The position numbers and the translations under genes are program-made. DNA of 63,159 bases from an uncultured Anaerolineales bacterium (GTDB lineage: Bacteria; Chloroflexota; Anaerolineae; CG2-30-64-16): the NCBI GenBank assembly GCA_964387985.1, contig CAYLZG010000008.1:1-63159 (forward strand), read 5' to 3'. Below are positions 55,939-63,159 of the stretch, piece after piece (the stretch's first letter is position 1; every line of letters starts with the position of its first letter). The notes beneath the pieces were generated by a model. That model was given only the letters and a program-made list of their open reading frames with translations. It was not told where the DNA came from and ran no database searches.

Positions 55939-57402
55939 ATGAAACGCGCACTTGCTATAGCTCTCCTAATGCTGGCCCTACTCCTGGTTATCGGGACCTT
56001 GGCCGGTCGTCGCTTCGGCCTACCGGTTCCGCAACGAGAAGGCATTCGCGACCTGTTTGCACCACGGACGGGGGCGGACCCAGCGCTGGCTGTCGATGAT
56101 GCCTATGCAAATAGGCCGGTCGGTGGGGCGGTTAAGGTTGAGGGCGTGCTCCGGGCTGAAGTAGAGATTGCCATAAGCGCCGAAGTAGCCGGACGCATTG
56201 TCTTGTTGGGTGCTAATGTGGGCGATGCTGTCAACGCCGGTGACCTGTTGGTCCGCCTGAGCGATGAACTTCTCATGGTTCAGATTGAACAGGCGGAGGC
56301 AGCCATTCAGGCAGTCAAAGCAAACCTGGCACTTGCGCAGGCCGGCGTTCGGCAGCAGGAACTGGTTGCCACCAACGCCACCGTAGATGGCGCAAATGCC
56401 TTGGTCGGGGCAGCTGAGGCCGGCGCTCTAGCCGCAGCGGCCGGTGTTGATGCCGCAGCAGCCAGTGTCAGGGTCGCCCAGGCGAAGTACGAAAGATTAG
56501 CCGCAGGCGCGACGCCGACCGAACTCGAACTAGCCGAGAAAAATGTGGAATTGGCGCGTATCCAGCTTTGGGCTGCTCAGGCAACCAGAGACGCAGTTCG
56601 CAACGGCATTGGCTTTCCCCTCACTATTCCAGTCGTGATTAATGGGGAGACCTTAGGTACAATTGCCGTGCCGAATCCTCTCGGTCCTGCGCAGGCCGAC
56701 GTCGAAGCTGCCGAAGCTCGGATTGTGGATGCAGAAGGTGCCATCCGCGTGGCAGAGCTTGCAGTTGCGAAACTGCGCAACGGAGCAAACCGTGAAGAAC
56801 TCGCGGTGGCCCAAACAGCGGTTAAACAGGCAGAGGCAGACTTCCAGCTTGCCGGACTGGCGCAGGAGCAGGGACACCAAGCGATCGAAATCGCGCGGGC
56901 TCAGTTGGAGCAAGCTGAGGCGCAGCGTAGCCTATCGTTGGCAGGCTCTCGGCCCGCAGACATCGTGATTGCGCAAGCCAAGGCAGCAGAAGCACAAGCT
57001 CAGCGAGACATTTTAAACGTGTCTGCGGCGAAGCTATCGCTTACAGCGCCGATCGCCGGCATCATCTCACAACGATTTGTCCATGAGGGCGAAGTCATCG
57101 TGCCCGGGACCCCCCTGTTCGTCGTATCGGCGTTGGACCCTGTTGTGTTGATGGTCTATGCGGATGAGAGTAGTCTCGCTCGTATAAACCTCGGTCAGAT
57201 CGTTGATGTTAGCGCAGAGGCCTACCCGGGCAAGGTGTTCGAAGGACAAGTCATCCATGTCGCCTCTGAGGGGGAGTTTACTCCCCGCACCGTTCAGGCT
57301 CAGGATGTGAGTTCGTCCATCGTTTTCGCAGTGCGCATACGGGTGCCGAATAACGATCAGCAACTGCGCCCAGGCATGTGGGCGACAGCTTACTTCCGGT
57401 GA
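55939..57402 (+). CDS. HlyD-family periplasmic adaptor (second, TM-anchored)
   Basis: The ATG at 55939 follows GGAGAAAG. TM segment ALAIALLMLALLLVIG. It has the same lipoyl / coiled-coil / beta-barrel layout as the first adaptor (FEGQVIHVASEGEFTPR...VFAVRIRVPNNDQQLRPGM). Confidence 0.8.
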   Translation: MKRALAIALLMLALLLVIGTLAGRRFGLPVPQREGIRDLFAPRTGADPALAVDDAYANRPVGGAVKVEGVLRAEVEIAISAEVAGRIVLLGANVGDAVNAGDLLVRLSDELLMVQIEQAEAAIQAVKANLALAQAGVRQQELVATNATVDGANALVGAAEAGALAAAAGVDAAAASVRVAQAKYERLAAGATPTELELAEKNVELARIQLWAAQATRDAVRNGIGFPLTIPVVINGETLGTIAVPNPLGPAQADVEAAEARIVDAEGAIRVAELAVAKLRNGANREELAVAQTAVKQAEADFQLAGLAQEQGHQAIEIARAQLEQAEAQRSLSLAGSRPADIVIAQAKAAEAQAQRDILNVSAAKLSLTAPIAGIISQRFVHEGEVIVPGTPLFVVSALDPVVLMVYADESSLARINLGQIVDVSAEAYPGKVFEGQVIHVASEGEFTPRTVQAQDVSSSIVFAVRIRVPNNDQQLRPGMWATAYFR

Positions 57403-57464
57403 GGTCTGCCATTGTAGTGACCAGGACTACACTGCAGCGCCGTGTTACATGTTCCGACGGTCCA

Positions 57465-57490
57465 GACGAACCGCTGTAACGCGGTTCGTC
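57465..57490 (+). terminator. 10-bp stem-loop after the transporter operon
   Basis: GACGAACCGC (57465-57474), loop TGTAAC, GCGGTTCGTC (57481-57490). The T-tract is weak. Confidence 0.4.
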
Positions 57491-57512
57491 GTTATCCGCT
57501 TCAGGAGGAATC

Positions 57513-58964
57513 ATGCGCACCACTCACGCGCCGGTCTGCCTGGCTCTGTTGCTGACATTGCTTTGTACTCATGTGCACTTTGCAAGTGCAGATCTGGAAG
57601 TTGATGAGTCGGTCGTTGGAGACGCGAGTTTCTCGGGCGTGCTTGAAGCATACCGCGATGCTGAGGGCACGCTTTACGTGAGCGACTGGACTGCGGGCGA
57701 GGTCATCGTGATCGATCCGTTGTCCGAGACCCTGATCCGCTACAATACCCCGTTTGCGGTCGGTGATGCCAAGCCTGATGCTGCCGGTTCGATGATCTGG
57801 TGGAGTGATTTCTACGGAAGTATCGGCCGCATCGACACCGGCACTGCAACGCTTGATTATTGGGATTTCACAGATGTGATCCCTGGACCCTTTGCCCTTG
57901 ATACCTCAGGCAGCCTGTTATGGTTCGCGGACCTGGCATACCCCGCCATCAACTTATTGAGCTTCGAGCCTGAATACCAGCCCGGAACTGGTCGGTTGTG
58001 CCGTTACGCTGTAGGCGGCAGCAGCGCGTATGTTATCGAGCATAATGGACAAGTCTGGATGGGATGGACGGGACAAATCGTTCGCTTCGACCCCGACGCC
58101 GCGTATTCCGACGTTGAGAAGCTCCGGTGGTGGGTCCTTCCAGAGGCTGCATCGGAAGTGGACAGCCTCGCCTATGATGCAGACGGGACGCTTTGGTGGG
58201 CGGATGCGAATGCCGGGCGATTGGGCCGCCTGTCGCCTGAGACCAATCAGGCCGTGACATACGGCCTGCTGGTGGACAGCAGGCCCAAGATGCTTGTGCC
58301 GGACGAAGGGGTCATTTGGTACTCAGACCAGGGAGGCAGAGTCGGTTTTCTGGATCCTGCCCGTGCTATAGGACTGCCTGCCGTCCCGGATCCCGATAGC
58401 GATGCCGCAGGATATTCTGAGCCGCCGATTTGTACTCTTCATGACAGGCACGGGCCCATCGCTGTGGACGTCAGCAGGCCGGCGCCCCTCAGTCTCGCGC
58501 CCGCGAACTGGGTCGCGGCCACGGGCGCTCCGATAGGGACGCAGGTCTATCATGCGGCGCCGGCAGGAACTCAAAGCGTTCCGTGGGGAATTGTCGCCAG
58601 CGCCGGACGCCTCTGGACCGTCGATGCCGTCCGGGCTGTGCTTGCACGCACTCCACATCTCCCGCTCCAACCCGAGGTGGCCATCGCACGCTCGGGCACC
58701 GGCATCTCCCTCCTATGGGCGACAGACCCAAGTGTAGCTAAGTACCAGGTGTGGCGGAGCAGCGCCCCATACTTCAGACCTGGCGATGCCAGCAATCCGG
58801 CGTTACTGGGGCAGCCGGCGGCCAGCCCGTTTCCCGATCCGGATGTTCCCCTTCCCGGCTCGGACCGCTATTACGTACTCAGGGCCGTCGGCACCAACGG
58901 CTTGCTCTCGGCGCCGTCTTCCTCCGTCGGTGTTTTTTCTTTTGAACTGGTACGTGGCTCCTGA
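57513..58964 (+). CDS. secreted beta-propeller protein (Vgb/streptogramin-lyase-like repeats) with C-terminal FN3-like domain
   Basis: AGGAGG RBS and a signal peptide (VCLALLLTLLCTHVHFASA). Repeated blade motifs (LYVSDWTAGEVIVIDP, IWWSDFYGSIGRID, LLWFADLAYPAINLL, LWWADANAGRLGRL, IWYSDQGGRVGFLD). The FN3-like tail is ISLLWATDPSVAKYQVWRS...RYYVLRAV. Confidence 0.6.
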   Translation: MRTTHAPVCLALLLTLLCTHVHFASADLEVDESVVGDASFSGVLEAYRDAEGTLYVSDWTAGEVIVIDPLSETLIRYNTPFAVGDAKPDAAGSMIWWSDFYGSIGRIDTGTATLDYWDFTDVIPGPFALDTSGSLLWFADLAYPAINLLSFEPEYQPGTGRLCRYAVGGSSAYVIEHNGQVWMGWTGQIVRFDPDAAYSDVEKLRWWVLPEAASEVDSLAYDADGTLWWADANAGRLGRLSPETNQAVTYGLLVDSRPKMLVPDEGVIWYSDQGGRVGFLDPARAIGLPAVPDPDSDAAGYSEPPICTLHDRHGPIAVDVSRPAPLSLAPANWVAATGAPIGTQVYHAAPAGTQSVPWGIVASAGRLWTVDAVRAVLARTPHLPLQPEVAIARSGTGISLLWATDPSVAKYQVWRSSAPYFRPGDASNPALLGQPAASPFPDPDVPLPGSDRYYVLRAVGTNGLLSAPSSSVGVFSFELVRGS

Positions 58965-59007
58965 TCCGGCTGTTAAGCGATGTGATCCGACCCTAACCGT
59001 AAACGCA

Positions 59008-59039
59008 TAGGCTCTCCTGCTGCGCAGCAGGAGAGCCTA
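59008..59039. terminator. bidirectional terminator: 30-nt perfect palindrome between convergent genes
   Basis: AGGCTCTCCTGCTGC (59009-59023) is the exact reverse complement of GCAGCAGGAGAGCCT (59024-59038). A further T-A pair extends it to 59008 and 59039. Confidence 0.6.
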
Positions 59040-59124
59040 GCGGCTGATTTACTTGCCCGGGGGCTGTGTGCCTGGAGAACGCGCTACCCGCCGGGCAAGA
59101 CTCATGCGTCAGGCTCCCTACCTG

Positions 59125-62100
59125 CTACTGGATCTCTCCGATGATCCCGAAGTAATCATTGTAGGGTTCGTCAGGTGGCGTCGATACTGCAGCAGTATCG
59201 ATGCCGATCAGCAAGGGATTGTTGAACGTCAGCAATCCACCCAGGTTCAGCCCCTTGGCGCACAACGGAGGCGTGTACAGATCGGTATTCTTCGTGACCT
59301 CATCCACCGCAGTGCTTCCCGCGGCTTCAGCGGTGACCTGAGCATCGTCGGTCTGCCCGGCGGCTCCGCACACCGCACCCGCTTGCAATCCGGACCACGT
59401 CACATTCTTAACTCCGAACACGAACCCGGCCTCATCTGCCTCGCACTGCGAGTTGTCCAGGCTCATCTCGGTATCGAGTGACAGGTCCAAGCACGCGGCG
59501 TACAGATTGCAATCCGCGCCGCTGGCAACATTCGTAGCAAAGCAACTCGGAATCGCAGCGATATCGGCGCTCGTGCTGTCCACATCCCGGTCAACGACGA
59601 TGGCCACCGACATATCGTTCAACAGCAGCGAGGTATCCAGGGTGGATTTCGGGGCTGCTGCCGTGTTCTCGTCGATGCCAAACTGCGGCGGGATGCTTTG
59701 CTTGGCGCAGAACAGCAAGTTTTGGCTTGCGCTAAGGTTGAGGACCGGCGTGTTCTTGCAGAGCTGCCGTTCCGCAACCGTGCCCAGGATACCCTGCACC
59801 GGGATGGTATCGCAGTTGTCTCCCTTGATGCCGTGGCATGCGCCCTGCTCGGTGCCCTGGAGGACCAGGTCGGCATTGGTAAGCGACTCACAATCGTCCC
59901 CGCGGATCGCGTGACAGATGCCTTGCGTCACTGCTGTGCTCACCCAGTTAGTGGTCCCATCCTCATTCAGGATCGTCAGAGTTTCGCAATCGGCGGGCAG
60001 GAGGTTGCCGATATTCTTCCCTGTCGGGTTGCAACTGGTCTTCAACCCGCCAGATTCGGCCTGGCTGGCGAAAAACTGGTTGATAGTATCGTCTGCCAAC
60101 ACGATGAACCCGTTCTGAGTTGCATTGCCCTGCGCGGGACCAGGAGCCTGTGCAGGCGACAGCACGGCACCCGGGGTCTGGTCCACGCTCGGGTCTACCA
60201 CCTGGGTTTCGAACGAGGAACCGAACGCCGCAGTCATGCCTGCGGTGGTGATCTCGATATCGGGCGGCGATGGTGAGAAGGCCGCGCGCCCGAACTCCTC
60301 GACCTCCTGCGGGTCGATTTTCACTCCCGTGATCCCGACCGCGTCAGGTTGGCTTGCTCCGGCGGCCGCCTGGAAGTCCGCGAGTTGGAAGTCGACGCTG
60401 ACGAAGTCGAATACATCGGTGGCGTCGACAAAGCCTAAGGTGAACACCTCGATCAGGAACCCCGCGGCACCCTCAAAGAAGCTACAGACTGCGGCACCCC
60501 AGCAGTTGATCTCGTTGTCGGTTTGCCAGATGGCGCTATCATTTTCCAGCGACTCACCGCCAGAGCCAGGGTAAACCAGTTGACCGATGACGAACGACTT
60601 CATGTCCTCCGGCGGCGGCGTATTTGTCTCGATGGAGGTCTCAGTCACGCCGTAGGTAAAGACGGGATCGATGATCTTGGTGATCGCCGTGATGTCAATC
60701 ACCGTTTCTGCGAGGCACTCACCGAAGATACCTTCCGTCTCGCAGCTATTGCTTGCTCTCATGGTGACGGTGATATCGGGCAGTTCCACCTTGACGCTGA
60801 TCTGATCCTCTGCCAGGATTGCGTCACAGTCGTACTGCGTCCCGAATGCGATATCGGCGATGGTCAGAGGAGCCGTCACAGAGCAGGAGCAGTCCGGGTC
60901 AACTGTGATATCTCCGAGCTCCATCCCCCTGATCGTGGCGTCGGCTCTGGATTTGAACTCATCGATCGCGTCAACACAGATCTTGTCGAAGACGGCATCG
61001 ATGGCCGACTCTTCAAGGCCGGCGACAAACGCATTGGGCACCTCTGTCGCCAGGATCGAAGCATAGCTGCCTCGCGTCTTGTTCATCGCCTTCTGCAAAC
61101 GTTCTTCCACCTGGGCAGCCAGAGCGGCTGACTTCTGAGGTGAAAGAATATTCCCTGTGGCAAAGATGTGCGAGTCGAACGCGCGATTCCCCAGGTCGTC
61201 GCTGGCATCCGCGATTGCTCGGTTGGTGCCAGTCTGGAACACGCCAAGCGGCTGGTTGCCACTCGCTGGAATGTTGAAGGCGACCCGAGGCAACGCCTCG
61301 ACGAAGTCAAGTACATACTGATCCGCGGTGTTGATGCCGTCGCCCGGCATAAATGCTACTTGCCCGGCAATGTCGACCGGGGCGCCGTTCAGCTTCAGGC
61401 TGGCGATCATACGGCCGTGCTCGACCTTACCGGTTACGGACACCGGCGCGTCGACAACTGCCTGCTCGGCCGGCGTCTCGAGCGTGACCTCCAAGGCCGC
61501 CACCGTGCCTGAATCGGCAATGTCATCCTGCAAGCATGCTGATGTAAGCGGAGACCGCACTGGGATAGGGGCACCGTCAACATAGATGATGTGGCCCCCA
61601 CCGCCCAGGTTCTTCAGAACCATCGTCACTGTGTTGGAGGCTGCGACGGGGTTGCCGATCATGGTTGTCTTGGCATCCACCACCAGATCCAGCACCTCGA
61701 CCATCTGTCCGTCGACGTTTACTGTGCCGCTGAAGGGACCGCCAGGGAAGTCTGTTGCCGGGTCGATGCCCAAGGCCGGCAGGATTTCCACGCCGTCTAC
61801 CTTGATCACCAGGCTCTTGACGTTAACCAGCGGAATGGCTGCCGTAAACTCGATGACGTCCCCGGAAGAGACGCTGATGACCGCGCCGTCAGGCTCCATC
61901 ACCTGCAAGTACGGAATGTTCGAGCAGTAAGCCTCGGCGATCGTGTCGCCGTCCCGGGCCGTGACGTGCAGCAGCGGTACCGGAGCGAATACCTGGTGCT
62001 TGGTCCAGTTCTTGCTGACGTCGGTGGTCCATTTCCAATCATACTCACTAATCCGGCTGGCCAGATGTGCCTCGTCCCCCGGTTTGACATCGGGCAGAAC

Positions 62101-63159
62101 GCCCAGAAGTTCCCCATCTGAGGAAACGGCCAGGAACTCGGCGCTAACGACTGTATCAGGTCCATCGCCAGTCACTGCGTAATTCACCCTGTGCCAACCG
62201 GTGCAGTCGCCGCCAGGGCGGCCGTTCTTATACGGAAGGCTGCAGGTCACGGCCAGACTCGAATCCGCTCCACTGCAGCTGGCATCGGCCAGGTCGGTGG
62301 TGCCGTCGCAGTCGTTGTCTTCGCCGTCACTGCAAGTCGCACCGCTCGGCCCCTCGAACGCTGCAGGCAGTGGGAAGGCGTTACACATGGTGCCCGAGCC
62401 GTCCGCCGTACAGACTTTCGTGCCGCCATTCATGCAAGCGCCGACCCCCACATCACAGGCGGCACCGACATCGAAGCCATTATCAACAATGTCGTCGAGG
62501 TCGTTGTCGATCCCGTCACAAATTTCCGTGGAGGCAACAGGCGCACAATCTGTGTCGCCAACATCCGTGGTTCCGTCACAGTCGTTATCCAGGCCGTCGG
62601 AGCAGCTATTGCCGATGCCCCATTTCTCCTGCTTGGGGTTGCCGGCCGTCGCGGTGCAGACGGTGCCTGAACCATCGGCTGAGCAGATCGAGGTGCCGTT
62701 ACGCGCGCAAATGCCGATGCCGACCGTACATGTGGAGCCTACCGCAGGGAAGAAACCGTCATCCACGGACCCATTGCGATCGTTGTCGTAGCCATCGCAG
62801 ATCTCGGGGATGTTGGCACAATCAGGCGCATCGAGGATATCCACCAGGGTGTCGCAGTCGTTGTCCAGGGTGTCCACGCAGCTTTGAGGAACAGACCAGT
62901 TCTCTGGCTTGGGAAGCTTGAGGCCGGTGTTGGGCACCGGACAAACAAGAGAGAGGTTATCGTTACTGCACACATATATGCTGCCGGTAGCGCAGCTTAC
63001 GCCAGGGTTGGTAGGAATCGTGCAGGCACCCCCCGGTTCAAGCTGACCGCCCGCAACACAGTCATTGTCAACGCCGTCACCGCACAATTCCGGCGCGCCA
63101 AGATAGATCGTGTTGTTGCCGTCATTGCAGTCGAATGGAGTGCATACTCCGTCCCCATC
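59125..63159 (-). CDS. giant secreted protein with N-terminal Cys-rich DNDCD (MopE-like putative metal-binding) repeats; 5' end outside the window
   Basis: The frame stays open from 63087 to the window edge (DGDGVCTPFDCNDGNNTIYLGAPE-LCGDGVDNDC...). There are at least 6 copies of C..(D/G).DND(C/L/R)(D/N)G..D motifs (SCVDTLDNDCDTLVD, ICDGYDNDRNGSVDDGF, SCSDGLDNDCDGTTD, ICDGIDNDLDDIVDNGF, TCSDGEDNDCDGTTD), followed by ~1000 aa without motifs I recognise. Confidence 0.7.
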   Translation of the reverse strand, partial: DGDGVCTPFDCNDGNNTIYLGAPELCGDGVDNDCVAGGQLEPGGACTIPTNPGVSCATGSIYVCSNDNLSLVCPVPNTGLKLPKPENWSVPQSCVDTLDNDCDTLVDILDAPDCANIPEICDGYDNDRNGSVDDGFFPAVGSTCTVGIGICARNGTSICSADGSGTVCTATAGNPKQEKWGIGNSCSDGLDNDCDGTTDVGDTDCAPVASTEICDGIDNDLDDIVDNGFDVGAACDVGVGACMNGGTKVCTADGSGTMCNAFPLPAAFEGPSGATCSDGEDNDCDGTTDLADASCSGADSSLAVTCSLPYKNGRPGGDCTGWHRVNYAVTGDGPDTVVSAEFLAVSSDGELLGVLPDVKPGDEAHLASRISEYDWKWTTDVSKNWTKHQVFAPVPLLHVTARDGDTIAEAYCSNIPYLQVMEPDGAVISVSSGDVIEFTAAIPLVNVKSLVIKVDGVEILPALGIDPATDFPGGPFSGTVNVDGQMVEVLDLVVDAKTTMIGNPVAASNTVTMVLKNLGGGGHIIYVDGAPIPVRSPLTSACLQDDIADSGTVAALEVTLETPAEQAVVDAPVSVTGKVEHGRMIASLKLNGAPVDIAGQVAFMPGDGINTADQYVLDFVEALPRVAFNIPASGNQPLGVFQTGTNRAIADASDDLGNRAFDSHIFATGNILSPQKSAALAAQVEERLQKAMNKTRGSYASILATEVPNAFVAGLEESAIDAVFDKICVDAIDEFKSRADATIRGMELGDITVDPDCSCSVTAPLTIADIAFGTQYDCDAILAEDQISVKVELPDITVTMRASNSCETEGIFGECLAETVIDITAITKIIDPVFTYGVTETSIETNTPPPEDMKSFVIGQLVYPGSGGESLENDSAIWQTDNEINCWGAAVCSFFEGAAGFLIEVFTLGFVDATDVFDFVSVDFQLADFQAAAGASQPDAVGITGVKIDPQEVEEFGRAAFSPSPPDIEITTAGMTAAFGSSFETQVVDPSVDQTPGAVLSPAQAPGPAQGNATQNGFIVLADDTINQFFASQAESGGLKTSCNPTGKNIGNLLPADCETLTILNEDGTTNWVSTAVTQGICHAIRGDDCESLTNADLVLQGTEQGACHGIKGDNCDTIPVQGILGTVAERQLCKNTPVLNLSASQNLLFCAKQSIPPQFGIDENTAAAPKSTLDTSLLLNDMSVAIVVDRDVDSTSADIAAIPSCFATNVASGADCNLYAACLDLSLDTEMSLDNSQCEADEAGFVFGVKNVTWSGLQAGAVCGAAGQTDDAQVTAEAAGSTAVDEVTKNTDLYTPPLCAKGLNLGGLLTFNNPLLIGIDTAAVSTPPDEPYNDYFGIIGEIQ

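Overview
High-GC bacterial chromosomal window. It is most consistent with a filamentous Chloroflexota-like genome; this is an inference from the many Thr/Pro-linker secreted proteins, and no database search was possible. No rRNA, tRNA, CRISPR array, transposase or integrase was recognised. Layout: (1) 28-6549, + strand: arginine cluster argD, ArgA-like GNAT, homoserine-dehydrogenase-like gene, argG, argJ, then an aldo/keto reductase. (2) 6645-22533, all - strand: a membrane-anchored rhodanese whose active-site loop carries an in-frame TGA, followed by a cohesin/dockerin surface-assembly locus headed by an ECF sigma and a FecR-type anti-sigma. That locus holds a DUF11-like protein, a 1164-aa thrombospondin-type-3-repeat protein ending in a dockerin, a TM-anchored single-cohesin protein, a six-cohesin scaffoldin-like protein, and two smaller cohesin-like proteins, one of them frameshifted. 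(3) 22850-57402, + strand: a large secondary-lipid/polyketide cluster behind a near-consensus promoter. It encodes a 2798-aa ER-ER-KS-AT-ACP-KR-DH megasynthase, an 1816-aa KS-AT-ACP-DH-PPTase megasynthase and a free ACP. Tailoring genes follow: AlkP/NPP-family enzyme, alpha/beta hydrolase, SDR, GT1 glycosyltransferase, sulfotransferase, methyltransferase and a secreted lipase. Export genes follow: an MFS transporter and an ABC-2 exporter with two ATPases and two HlyD adaptors. (4) 57513-63159: a beta-propeller/FN3 secreted protein and a 5'-truncated giant Cys-rich (DNDCD-motif) protein. The strongest leads are: the lipid cluster as a candidate exported glycosylated or sulfated lipid system; the enzyme-free cohesin-dockerin locus under sigma/anti-sigma control; a short C-terminal YLPL[VI] tail shared by five secreted proteins across both loci; and the in-frame TGA (Cys-Asp-TGA-Gly-Gly-Glu-Ser) in the rhodanese.
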